DNA of 60,232 nt, counting the filler, from Dugesia japonica (Eukaryota), in assembly GCA_001938525.1 (NCBI GenBank). It is 5 parts of 5 records of this genome, joined end to end, with 100 filler letters (N's around TTAATTAATTAA, not from the genome) between each part and the next. Parts side by side here need not be neighbours in the genome. Positions count along the whole stretch, not along the records: positions 1 to 19,628 come from MQRL01571794.1; positions 19,729 to 32,320 come from MQRL01639919.1; 3 more parts are not named here. One strand, 5' to 3'. Position numbers and translations under genes: made by a program. How positions within the stretch are numbered: position 1 is the stretch's first letter; every line of letters begins with the position of its first letter. The notes beneath the pieces are model-generated. The model was not told the origin of the DNA. It searched no databases and worked only from the letters and a program-made list of their open reading frames with translations. Below, one piece after another: positions 12,201 to 22,844 of this stretch.

Positions 12201-15200
12201 ACATTGATTAGGAATTACAATGAACTTCCAATCTAATGTTACAAAATAAATTATTTAAACATAGTTATCCAAACTAGGGTGCGGAAATTAACGATTAACT
12301 AATTTATTAATCGATAAAATATTTAATATATTAAAAATGTTTTAATCAGTAGTTCTTTGATTAATTTTTACTTAATAACTTAATTAGGTCTTATATTTTT
12401 TGAAACAAACCTGTTTTACGATATGAATCATAGATCATAAAGTTGTATCAGGTTTGATGCGTTACGCATGAAATGAAAACACAACATATCATAAAATAAA
12501 AGGATATTTGTTATTGTTTCAAAATAAAGTTTTATTTTTTTGATTTAGTCTTGACCAGGTCTTTCAATAGTAGAATTCCATTTCAGTTTAGAAAGTATTG
12601 TTGAACAAAGCCGGAAAATAATTGAAACCTTTGACTTTTATTCAACCTTTTACTTCCATTGATGAAATATATTATTATGCATTTGTTTGTCAATATACAT
12701 TTAATCAATAAACATAAAAATAAATGGTCATAAAATTAATTAATAAATAATCAATAAGCATTATTATTGTTAGTATTAAGGATTAACAAGTATACAACAA
12801 TGGCGAATAATGAAAGTAACGTTTCTGTAAAACCTTTAAACGGAAAGTTGAGCAGGCATTTTGTTTTTAGGTTAACTGCTGATGACAAAGTAGAAGACGG
12901 AGAAAAATTTTCTGCGTTCACTGCAATAAAAACAGTTTGCTTTCCTTCGTTCAAATACCTCGCTAACTTACCATCTTCAGCACAAACATCCACTGTAGCA
13001 TCATGAAGTTGAGGCAAGCAACCAGAAAAAGAGTTCTCAAAAAAAAACAATAACCAGTTTCTTGTCGTTGAGGTCAAACAAACCTATAAGCGAAAAATTT
13101 TCTACCGACTTGAAATTTAGTATTGCCCAGTGGATTTCTAGCTCCGGACATCCACTGGGTATTGTGGAAGATGATGGCCTACAAACTGTATTACGTATTG
13201 CTCTTCAGAATCAGACTTATACTTTACTCAGTCGCCGTACAATTAATAATGTCATCTATCACATGTACAANGNAAAGCTGAAAGAGCTCAAAAAGGTTAT
13301 TGCAAATGTCTGTAGTATCGCACTCACTACAGACGTTTGGACATCAAACAACAATGAATCGTATTGTGGTTTAACGGGACACTGCAGTGCGTCCAACTGC
13401 AAAATTATTTCAGTAACATTAGGTTGCCTAGTTGTTGAAGACAAAATATGCTGTATTCTAACTGATAGTGCTCGAAATATGGTCGCTGCTATTGGGCGAA
13501 CGAATTACAATCACATACCATGTATCGGACACTGTCTGCAGCTTAGCATATTAGCGGATTTTAAGGCAGCTGACTTATCACCGCTTTTCTCAAACATTTC
13601 AAACCCAGCTCGGCTAACCCATTCGAACTAAAAAGTAGCCATGTCAGTTTCTCTCGGCAGATTATGACGTGTTCCATAAAATGCAGCAGGATGTAGTAAC
13701 TCGTTGGAACAGTACCTACCTGATGTTAGCCAGATTGTTGGATGTCAAAGAAGCAATATTACAGTATCACATTGATCATCCGAGAAACTACAGTAGACCT
13801 TAACTGATAGATTCTGATTTGGAAAAAATGGCCAAATATATGTCAGTCTTAGGTTCACTTGCGGATGCCAACGAATAGGTTAGGAATGAAAAATATGTGA
13901 CATGTTCTGCCGTTCTACCTTTAGAAGCCTTTTTGCGTAGACTGTTGAAAGTTAACGATGACGACCCAGGTTATATTGCACGATTCAAAAATGCAACGTT
14001 GAACGACTTTACAGGAAGAATCATAGGCATTGATTCTTTGCTAAAGTTGCAAATGGCTACGGTCTTAATGATCCGCGTTATAAGAAACTTACTTGCCTGA
14101 AATTTATTACCTGTAATTAATGCGACGACCCATTTCCATAAAGATATTCGTTCTTATTTCACTCAGTAAGTACTTAGTAAGAACACGTAGTAAATACAAA
14201 TATCTGGATCAATATTGCCTTTTATATTACATAATTGAGAATTTGGTATATCGGTCAGAGTTACTTCATTTAACAGACCCAAAATGTAGTTGGACAAATG
14301 AGACACGTTAACTGGATTCAACTTTATACTAAAATATGAAAACAAACAGTAAAACTAATTATAGTTATTTTCTTTTTTTATGATGTCAATATTAAGAGTA
14401 TTTTAAATTTAGTATCCGTTAACAATTTGTCCAATTCAAGTTTCATTAATCTGACCAACATTAAATATCCAAAAGAATTAAATGCAATATTTTCTAACAT
14501 TGATGAATATGTAAAATTAACCAAAGGGCTTGAAAAATATTTTCCAGATGGATTTACAGAAAAACTCAATAAAATGGAATTAAAGTTATCCACTTTAAAG
14601 TAATTGTTTTACAGGTTTTTTATAACTAAATAACAAATATTTTAGAANTAGTTTTCGCAAAATGAACAAAACTAACTTTGATATTAATCAAAACTCAATA
14701 AGCGCAATTGAAAATTCTACAGACGATGCTAAAAATTTGGTTTCTAAAAATAAAATCAAAGACATCAAAGGTAATTTCTTAAATTTAACATTCTATGTCA
14801 AATCTTTATAATTAGGTGCTTATAGTGAAATATTAAAGTCATTGAAAAGCGTTCATACAAACTTGGAAGATTCAAAAGAATTATTTAAGAAATTTGATGT
14901 TAAGAATTCAATTTTAAATAATAAAAATACAGAATTACAAGCGATTGATGTTGATTATATTAATGAAAAGAATCAAGAATTAATCGCATTAAAAAAGAAA
15001 TTATTTTCATCGATAATTACATACAATGCACTGGTAGGTGATTAATTTAACAATTTAATTAATTAAAATCAATTTAAAATTATAAGAAATAATAAAAAAA
15101 AATTATAAATCGCAGATTAATAAATTCGACTAACAAACAGCATTATTAATCAAAATAAAAAACATTCGAATCAATTATTGCGAGAATAATTGTTGAACTT

Positions 15201-18200
15201 AACCATTGGTCGTATTTGAGATTTCATTAAAATAAAGTAAAATTTGAATATCTATAAAACAACAATTTAATTTGATCGAAGCTATTAATTTATTTTAATG
15301 AAATTTTAATCAATGTATTATTTATATACAGGTTTGTTTATTACTGAAATATGAAATTTTTTAACTGTGAGGTGACGAGGTCATTGAAAACCTGTGCGGC
15401 ATTGCCTTTATTTTAAAAGAAATTGTTGTGATGATTGAAAAAAATAAAGTTCTTATTAACTCATTAGCTATTCTGGTTCTCAAATAGAGAAAAATTTTAG
15501 TTTTCATAAATATTGAGAACCAGGATAGCTAATGAGTTAATAGGAACAATAAGCATCTGTATCCACAATAAAAGTTTATTACAATCCCAAAACTGATGTT
15601 TTATGTAATGTTATTTTGATTAATTGATTAAATGATTAATCACATTGATCAGACCAAAATAGCTCTTCATTACCTTAACTACATAATTCTAAAAATTCTA
15701 GCTCTTTCTGCGCATTGGTTTATTAATCTTTGATAATAATTGGATAATCCGAAGAAACCTCGCAAACTCTTGATACATTTTGGTCTTTCAAATTTATTTA
15801 TTGCTACAATCTTACTTTAATCTGTTCATATGCCATTACTTGTAATGATATGTACAAGAAATTTAACTTCATTATTGAATAACGAACATTTCACTGGATT
15901 TCTCCAGAAAAATAATTTTTCCATTCAAGGTTAGACATGACACCAGTAATCTTTTGAACTAAGCATATTTCTACAGCAAACTCTATACAAAATATTTTGA
16001 AAAGTTAGAACTGAAAGAACAATTAATGGCGTTTGTAAAGAGGTTTTTTTTAGTTGCAGAAAAATTTTATTGGGGGAATGGATATGCGGAAGACGTTTGG
16101 ATACCACCTTGTACGGTAAAACTAACGAAAAAGTCAAATATTACATTTGTAATATTGAAGGAAAATTCGGTAGATAAAATAAAAAGAGAAAGCGATTGAC
16201 AAGAGCTTTAAGTATTTTGAACATTAAAGACGATCAATGGTTATTGAATATAATTAAAATAAAGAAGATATTTTCATGGCAAATAAATGGAATGTAAGAC
16301 GCACACATCTGAAAAAACACAAAATAATCACAAGTGGTGAACCAATCAACGTAAAACTGTACAAGTAACCAATGAACTTAGAGGCTAAAATTGAAGAAGC
16401 TTTCTAAGACCCTTTTGAAAATAATATTCTCCGAAAATGCAACTCTCTATGGAATACCGCACTGATTTGTATTTAAAAAAGGAGAATAAAGAAAAAGGTT
16501 TGGATTTTAGGCAATTGAATGCAGTAACGAAAAGACCAGCCTTTCTGATGCCTAGCTTTGATGAAATGCTGGACAAGTTGGATAAAGCAAAATAATTTAG
16601 TTCAATAGATTTAGTAAATGTGTATTTAAAAAAACACTTTCTTAGTTCGTTTTTGACCCATTTTTGTCAAAATAATTCTTCCCTAATAATATTTATTTCT
16701 TTAAAAAACCTTTCCACAGAAGTCGATTTGGTATTTATTTTGCGGAATTCCATGATTTCTTTAAGATCATTAATGTGCGAATTTAGTTTTTTATATGCTT
16801 TCCTCAATCTTTCTTCAAATTCAACAACGCTGATTCAAACTGCTTCATAAATTTCAATAAATTCCCTATTGGTCATTGTTTTGATTATAATCTTTATGGG
16901 TTTTCCTCGATATTTGCGTAATCGGAAAACTTCCGGCCATCCAAAATAAAACAAATGTATCCGAATAAATTCTTTCGTCATATAAATTTGTCACACTAAT
17001 AAACACACTAATAAATTTGTGTGTTTATTAGAGCATGTTACGTTAAAACACAAAATCACTTCCAATATTTATTTTAATAACAACAAAAAACTGCCTCTTT
17101 CTGATTCTTTTTTTATTATTTTTTACAGACCTGCAATGGAAGAAACCATAGTAATTGTTCTTCATTTTGTGGAGGTGTGGGATGTCAATCAAACCCGTGT
17201 TACAGGCAAATGCCCAAAAATTCTTATTGCATGAAAAGTAATGATATATTTTTCAATAAATTCGCTTGGTCTATACAGGAAAATCTTAATGAAGTCGATT
17301 CTTTATTGAACAAAATGACAAAAGAAACCTCTAGCAGATTGGATTCTGAAGTAATTTATATTTTAAATGCTTTTTATGAAAATTTCGCAAAGTTTTATTC
17401 ATAAATCTTTTAAATTAATGTAAATTTACTAAATTACTAATTTTATATTTTTGTTATCTAAATTTATATGCTCTTAGCAAACATTAAGAAAAAAACATTT
17501 ATGGAAGTTTGACACATAAAAACAATTTCCTTGAACAGCTAATATTTTTTATCGTATTTTATCGGAACTTTGTGTCAGAATTTCTAAAAACAATTATTGA
17601 TGAACATAATTAAACTATCTATGATGTAAACCTAAGAAAATGAAAATGAATATGGTGGTGTAGTATGAAAGCCTAATAATTGTAAATAGCAAACTAAGAT
17701 AACAGTGGTAGTATGTAATAAATCAAAATTTAAACATGATAAAAAAATTATAAATTTTATTAAAATTAAAATAAACTCTACGATCAAAATATTGTTTTTC
17801 TTTTTTAACATAATGTTTTTTAGTTCTTGATAGAATTTCGAATTTTCGACTTTGTCTTCGTCAGGAATTGTAATTGTAAAAATTATATCAGTTAACACAT
17901 TTTCTTCAAATTAATTATTTATATTACGATTTTTTACACTTTCTAAATGTGTTTACTGCGGTTTGGTTATTGTATTTTAATTATTTTCATTGATTGTTGC
18001 GTTTTTTGACAATGATGAACCTTCAATTATTAGTTTTACATAATTTTACTTTTTTTCAACAGTTTCTTTTGAGGTTTTAATTATTTTTTTGGTATTATTG
18101 TGTTTGCTGTAAAAATTAATAGTTTTTGATAATTTTTTATTTGCAAATTTCAATTTCTGTTTCTAAATTAGAAAATATAAGAAAATTTTTTAATTATTTT

Positions 18201-19580
18201 ATTTTTTTATACAAATATAAATATTTTTAAAAAATTGTATTGTAAATTTATAATATTTTTTGAATTTTTTAAATAAAGATTTTTCAATTTTTTTTTAATA
18301 TTTTAGTATTTTCAATATTTTAGGACGTTGAATATTTGTTTAAATAATTATTAATAGATGGAAAATTGCAAAATGGCAATATCAATTTGTTTTAATATAT
18401 TAAGTTTTGACTGGTAATATTGAAAACCTTTTTTAAGTAATAGATAAAATTTTTTTATTTTATTTATCAAAAATATATAAAAAAAAAATTTCTTCTATAT
18501 TTTAATAATTCCTGAATAGTTATAACAAGCGATTTTTTTGACATGGCAATAATCTTTTCCCCAGTTTTTAATATATTTCTCTATCTTTTTTAATGTCCTT
18601 TGATTATATAATTTATCTGTTCTCACGATATATATTGCTTATTTTTCTATTTTCGTTTTATGCTTAATTGATTTTACTTCTTTTATTAAATTCATTTTTC
18701 TTCATGGTGAAATTTGGAGTTTTGGTTAACAGGTTATTATTATTCTCATTTCTAAATATTTTCTCTTTATCACAATCACGAAAAATTGTTTATATTTTTA
18801 CTTATTTTCATTAATTGATTTTAGTTTTTTAGCTTGTTGTCTCTTTATATTCTCTGTTTTTAATTTTATTTTACTAATTTCACCGCTTAATATATTATTT
18901 TCTTTATTTTCCCTTTGATTTTTTTGTTTTTTTATTTATATCACTATGAATCAAATGGTAAAAATAGGAATATTGTGAAAATTACTATAGAAGAATATTT
19001 AAAAGAAAATTTTCATGGAGTTACTCTCTATTCCGGTCCTCTATTCCATTTTTGAAGTTTCGATACTCAAAGATTAATTTTATTTTCGGTTTTAAAGTAA
19101 CAATTTAATAAGTTCATTAATTATAAAAGTCATAATAAAAACGATAATTATTATAAAAAAATAATTTAACATTAATTATATTTTGTATTATTATTCAGGA
19201 AATTAAAGCAGGATATAATAAAGCAAAATCAGAATATAAAGAAACTGCTAAATTAATCAATGTCACTGAAAATGTCATTGTATCACATCATTCAAAAGTT
19301 CTGAGTCTTCTACAAAAATTAAAAAAAAATGCAAATTCTTCCGTAAATGAGGAAGATTTTATATCAGTAATGAATTTTTTTTGATAAATTTAACTTTTTG
19401 TTAGTTAATAAAGAATATCAATAAATTTGAAGTGTCTTTTAAAGAAAATGAAATTACAGCATTAGAAAGAGAGATATTCAACAGAAAAAAGAAATTAACT
19501 AATGTCGATGATATTTTGGAAAAATCGGAATTTAATAGAAAAAATTGTGATATGTTAAAGAAATCAGCCATTCAAGCAAA
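3115..19580 (+). CDS. LAMB1: Laminin beta chain gene, partial: 10 exons covering LE/EGF repeats, coiled coil and the beta-knob; 5' end upstream of the window, 3' end cut by the contig end
   Basis: Spliced by hand; all introns are GT-AG and phase-consistent. Exons: 3115-3293, 7268-7519, 7559-7661, 9055-9246, 14413-14599, 14646-14770, 14816-15033, 17129-17350, 19199-19366, 19405-19580. Beta-chain motifs: KCLYHTVGFNC, CPCLPNVIGQQCD, CGDCWFQWD, DIKGA, TCNG..CSSFCGGVGC knob, LTNVDDILEKS. Confidence 0.93.
5095..5240 (+). mobile_element. Penelope pseudo-LTR copy with a mutated hammerhead
   Basis: Matches the reverse complement of 44300-44430 (ttttgattgaagctttta...gaaatctcaaatgcgacc...ttctcgcaataatt); preceded by CCGAAGA-AGATTGTT-GAAA. 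Confidence 0.7.
5345..5775 (-). mobile_element. Mariner transposase 3' remnant
   Basis: PHLAYSLDFAQSNFHRFLSL (degenerate YSPDLAPSD motif) and QWLQVIDNHGLYFEE*. Confidence 0.8.
6500..7025 (-). mobile_element. Probable Penelope-like remnant (degenerate hammerhead upstream of a decayed ORF)
   Basis: Minus strand aattc...gtcGAAATTCTCgaatt at 6990-7022; downstream sequence resembles 18500-18730. Confidence 0.35.
7268..7519 (+). CDS. LAMB1: Laminin beta exon (LE repeats)
   Basis: tttcag|CSSGYFGNALSRTCKKCVCNNLGT...CPCLPNVIGQQCDQC...NKSCNQ|gtactat. Confidence 0.93.
7559..7661 (+). CDS. LAMB1: Laminin beta exon (LE repeat), after a 39-nt intron
   Basis: ttaag|LTGQCYCHSTRSGLKCDSCEDGYWGDPKTIQGCQ A|gtaaat; phase 1 matches the next exon. 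Confidence 0.9.
8414..8603. repeat. 26-bp minisatellite (aaatttatttaaaaataaaacaattc)n
   Basis: Near-perfect tandem copies on both sides of an internal N gap. Confidence 0.9.
9055..9246 (+). CDS. LAMB1: Laminin beta exon (last LE repeat and start of coiled coil)
   Basis: ctcag|..CNCNSEGSQYKQCNRNTGACRCKPGITGRNCSECMKGTDGKMPHCSSCGDCWFQWDRIIETNE A|gtagtt. Confidence 0.93.
9490..10120 (-). mobile_element. Mariner transposase remnant(s)
   Basis: MLIITVWWSTKRVIHY..TATSYCQEMDRM..PILLHDNVRPY, EIFQHPAY. Confidence 0.8.
10200..11136 (+). mobile_element. piggyBac remnant with C-terminal cysteine-rich domain and 3' terminus
   Basis: RNRCSFYPRSKDTKYSTKCSLCLEHIESNVTTCSNC* (10781-10895); ends ...gaggaaGG-TTAA at 11131-11136. 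Confidence 0.6.
12275..14115 (+). mobile_element. hAT (Ac/ZBED1-like) DNA transposon, frameshifted transposase
   Basis: TAGGGTGCGG..TTAACGATTAA left end; BED finger remnants (CVHC..YHLQHKH); IALTTDVWTS, LTDSARNM, CIGHCLQL, QDVVTRWNSTYLML, DPRYK. Confidence 0.9.
14413..14599 (+). CDS. LAMB1: Laminin beta coiled-coil exon
   Basis: tttag|(I)SVNNLSNSSFINLTNIKYPKELNAIFSNIDEYVKLTKGLEKYFPDGFTEKLNKMELKLSTL AA|gtaatt; open frame, phase fits both neighbours. Confidence 0.8.
14646..14770 (+). CDS. LAMB1: Laminin beta coiled-coil exon
   Basis: Follows a 46-nt intron; reads ..SFRKMNKTNFDINQNSISAIENSTDDAKNLVSKNKIKDIK G|gtaatt; the junction yields DIKGA, matching DIRGA in laminin beta 1. Confidence 0.8.
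14816..15033 (+). CDS. LAMB1: Laminin beta coiled-coil exon
   Basis: Follows a 45-nt intron; GAYSEILKSLKSVHTNLEDSKELFKKF...SSIITYNAL|gtaggt. Confidence 0.82.
15449..15547. repeat. 35-bp inverted repeat with a 29-nt loop (MITE or hairpin)
   Basis: gttcttattaactcattagctattctggttctcaa / ttgagaaccaggatagctaatgagttaataggaac. Confidence 0.9.
15650..16625. mobile_element. Rearranged Gypsy pol fragments (RT on + strand; RT C-terminal part on - strand)
   Basis: Plus strand: LDFRQLNAVTKRPAFLMPSFDEMLDKL..FSSIDL. Minus strand: EVKFLVHII..PKCIKSLRGFFGLSNYY. Confidence 0.8.
16625..17105 (-). mobile_element. Gypsy LTR/gag fragment, same family as 1990-2405
   Basis: Direct similarity to 2100-2400; gag ..EFEERLRKAYKK..DLKEIMEFRK..SVERFFKEI. 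Confidence 0.7.
17129..17350 (+). CDS. LAMB1: Laminin beta exon encoding the cysteine-rich beta-knob
   Basis: ttttacag|TCNGRNHSNCSSFCGGVGCQSNPCYRQMPKNSYCMKSNDIFFNKFAWSIQENLNEVDSLLNKMTKETSSRLDSE|gtaatt. Confidence 0.88.
17750..18950 (-). mobile_element. Penelope-like remnant ending in a hammerhead-bearing pseudo-LTR
   Basis: 17760-17870 matches 44360-44435; LLTKTPNF (~18710-18735) resembles the PLE N-terminal LxKGxNF motif. Confidence 0.55.
17834..17869 (-). ncRNA. Minimal hammerhead ribozyme motif (Penelope-type)
   Basis: aauuc CUGACGA A-GAC-AAA-GUC GAAA AU-UC gaaauu: core boxes, 3-bp stem II, AAUU palindromic stem III, NUH triplet UUC, stem I. Confidence 0.65.
19199..19366 (+). CDS. LAMB1: Laminin beta coiled-coil exon
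   Basis: ttcag|EIKAGYNKAKSEYKETAKLINVTENVIVSHHSKVLSLLQKLKKNANSSVNEEDFIS|gtaatg. Confidence 0.78.
19405..19580 (+). CDS. LAMB1: Laminin beta coiled-coil exon; a probable further exon starts at 19622 and is cut by the contig end
   Basis: Follows a 38-nt intron; LIKNINKFEVSFKENEITALEREIFNRKKKLTNVDDILEKSEFNRKNCDMLKKSAIQA AA|gttagt; resembles the laminin beta 1 segment SLSQVEVILQHS...EMLLEEAKRA. Confidence 0.8.
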
Positions 19581-19628
19581 GTTAGTAATCTAAATACAAT
19601 TATATTGCATTTAAAATAAAGGATATTC

Positions 19629-19728
19629 NNNNNNNNNNNNNNNNNNNNNNNNNNNNNNNNNNNNNNNNNNNNTTAATTAATTAANNNNNNNNNNNNNNNN
19701 NNNNNNNNNNNNNNNNNNNNNNNNNNNN
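19629..19728. other. Artificial contig spacer (44N-TTAATTAATTAA-44N)
   Basis: Exactly 100 bp, stop codons in all six frames, four identical copies in the window. Confidence 0.97.
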
Positions 19729-19765
<37 letters not shown>

Positions 19766-21186
19766 TAACTGAAGACTACATAAAAAAATTGTAAAAGGAA
19801 TGTTACGATTTTTAGAAATTATAACTAAGAAATTTTATATTAAGGAATAAATATAAAATTTAAAAACGATTAATAAATATTTTTTTCCGAAATTATTTCC
19901 AATTAAAAATTGTAATGCACCCAGCCCTAAATGAATCAATGAATCTCAACATTTCACTTTTAGGCGTCGATTGTATAAGTGGTTAAAATAACGTTTAGAA
20001 ATATTGGGTAAATTAATTTGTTAAGTTTTCGATTTGATTTAATTCGAAGTAAAAAATTAAGTTAATTATCTATTTTGAAAAATAAAATTTTTTGTCAGTT
20101 TAAAGATGATAGGATGGAATTTTAGTAATATGTAAAATATTTTAAAAGGGTTAACTAAAAAATGGAAGTGATTATTATAACAACCCAATTATTAATAAAA
20201 CTCAAATTTACTCAATACTACTCAAATAATATTATATCAAATAATATTATCAATACTACTCAATAATACTCAAATTTTATACTGAAAATTATTTTTACTA
20301 AAAAAATTTAAAAATGGAGACAAAGCAGACTTAATTTACTTCTCACTACAACCAAATCAAAGTAATTTTTTAAAGAGCGCCAAAAATCAAATTTGTGAGT
20401 ATAGCCATATACCCTGTTTTATTTTCCGAAAATGGGTAACAGTTTTTTTACGCAACTGAAAATAAGGCGGGTGGAAAATAATAATGCTATATGGAAAAAT
20501 ATTATTTTCTCAACTGTCACCTATTACACGAAATAATAAGTATTTTATTTTAAAATCGATAATGGAGATTGTTGTGCTATTTTTCCATAATTTTTTTATT
20601 TTTAAATAAAAAATAAATATCAAAGTACATACATACACACGTGAGGAACAACTAAAATTTGATTTTGAAAAGTTTTACTTTGTCTTGGCGACTGTACCTG
20701 TAAAACAGCTTTAAATGCTGGAAATATAATTGATGTAATAGTTGTTTGAGTATTTAAGTGTAGTTAAATTTTTTAAAATTCAATTTATTTTGGTTATCTT
20801 CTTTTTTTTNNNNNNNNNNNNGGTTGCCAAGTTTTTATTTTATTTTCTTAATTTCAGATTTTAATTTTGTGATCAATACTTTTTTATTATTTTAAAAATT
20901 TCATAATAATAATAATATAATACACACAAGTAAATACATAGTATTTACAAAGTATTTATTTGAGTACACACAAGTACTCAAGTTTTACAGTGAAATCAAA
21001 ATGGAAAAAGTGAAAATCGACACAGCAATTACGAACAGTAATTATTTTTTTTGTTTATTGACTAATAAAATTTGTATATTTTATAGTTAATTAATGGTTA
21101 TTTTTGTATTCATTTGCGTTTTTACTTTGTCACTTCGTGTTTATAGTTAAATCCAAACTTCACAACTCTCCATAAGTTTTAATTTA

Positions 21187-21270
21187 TTATCACAAGTTTT
21201 TTGTTTAAAGTAAAAATAGATGAAGAATAATCCATAGTATTCAAACAAATAATCTGAGAAATTTAATTTC
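21187..21270 (-). mobile_element. Solo-LTR fragment related to the Gypsy 3' LTR at 31758-31940
   Basis: Shared tattcaaacaaataatctgagaaat and flanking similarity. Confidence 0.55.
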
Positions 21271-21952
21271 AATTTTTAATAAAATATTTGAAAAATTAAA
21301 ATATTTTTACTTTACATATATTTTTAATTATTTTTCAACATAATTTCTTAAAATAATTTTACACTTTTATCATTTTGCCTAATATAATATATAGAAATTA
21401 TTTAAAATAATTTGCCTTTAAAAAATGTTTTATATTTTAAAAATATGTTTTTACTTTTTTTACAATCGTTAGGTAATTCTTCAATTGGCAATTCATTTTC
21501 AAAATCACAACTATTTTTAGAGATAATTTATTTCAATTCATACAGCTGTCTCAATTATATGAGAATAGAACCATAAAAATATTTATCTACAATTTAATCG
21601 ATTTCTATTGGCTGCATAAATTATTAATTTAAAATTATTTCCTTATAACAATAATATTTGAATGTTTCAAAAAATAAATTTTAATATATAATATAATATA
21701 TACCAAATTGAAAAATTTCCCAGATATTTAAAATCTATGAATCACTCTTACAGTGTTATTATCGCTACATTTACAAACAATTCACCCCGAATTTCCGAAC
21801 ACTGATTCTGGATATACTGTCAGGCTCGACATAATTTCTTCAACAAATAAAATTAATTATAATAATAACAAAACAAATAGATTATTCAAATAAAAGACAA
21901 AACATATAAGAACCCTCCTTTATATAAGTCGGCGTATAAGTCAATAATAAAA

Positions 21953-22042
21953 ACTTGTCTTCGTCAGAAATTGACTTTTTGAAACTAGAAATATAAAAAA
22001 GAAAGACAGTATTTTGATTGAAGCTTTTAATTTAATGAAAAG
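21953..22042. mobile_element. Penelope pseudo-LTR fragments in opposite orientations (half hammerhead on minus, downstream part on plus)
   Basis: cttgtcttcgtcagaaattgactttt matches ~44412-44437; attttgattgaagcttttaatttaatgaaa matches ~5158-5187. Confidence 0.65.
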
Positions 22043-22299
22043 TTAATTTCGCTTGAATATTACTAAGTAAACTTTGTTTGTTAAAATATTTAAAGCAGTT
22101 TAAATTAAATTATTCAATTTATTCAAATTAATATATCACAAATTATCAATTCCCGATAAATATCATAAATCAAAAATAAAAATTTCAATTATGTAATATC
22201 AATAAAGTGAATCAGTTTTAAAAAAACAATGTCTAAGTATCCAAAATATATAAAGTTTTATCATTTAAATTCCAAAGTTGAGCAAAAGTTATTTCAGAT

Positions 22300-22844
22300 T
22301 GCAAAGAAATCGGTGATTTTATAAAATGTATAATTCAGAAGCCAAATGAAGTTAACAAATTTTTTTATAGAAAACAGAAATTATTATTGCAATTAAGATC
22401 ATTTTGGGGAAAAATTGATTATCGTCGATTTATAATACGATTATGCAACAATCATCCTACATTGGATAAGCGAAAGGATACCAGACCTCACACGGATTTG
22501 ATGACTCAACAGAAAATTGCTGAATTTGATTGGGAATAAATAAGTTACCCGCCATATTCACTCAACTTAACGTCTTCCGATTTTCATTTGGTTAGATCTG
22601 TGCAGAATTCTCTAAGTGGGAAAAATTTAAAAACCACATGAGCCTACAAAAACCACTAGAACCAATTTATAGCACAAAAAGATTAAAATTTTGGGAGGAT
22701 GATTTCATGAAGCTTCCTCAAAGACGGCGACAAGTATTCAAACAAGATTGTGTATATTTAACCAATTAAATATGTATGCGGTTTTAAAAATTATGGTCGG
22801 CTTTAACTTAAAAAAACTCTACGATCTTTTCTTCCAACCCAATA
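22300..22844 (+). mobile_element. Mariner transposase 3' remnant with right TIR
   Basis: RPHTDLMTQQKIAEFDWE..YPPYSLNLTSSDFHLVRS; ends ttccaacccaata-TA. Confidence 0.85.

Noticed and set aside
14378-14593. Minus-strand 71-aa ORF (and similar ORFs 121-390, 30616-30804, 53129-53443)
   Set aside because: Antisense shadows of real exons or TE coding sequence.
19673-19684. TTAATTAATTAA as a biological motif (piggyBac or PacI sites)
   Set aside because: Always centred in exactly 44+44 Ns; a synthetic linker.
19963-20040. tRNA-like 5' half (gcgtcgattgtataagtggttaa)
   Set aside because: No anticodon stem, T-arm or acceptor pairing; at best a decayed SINE head.
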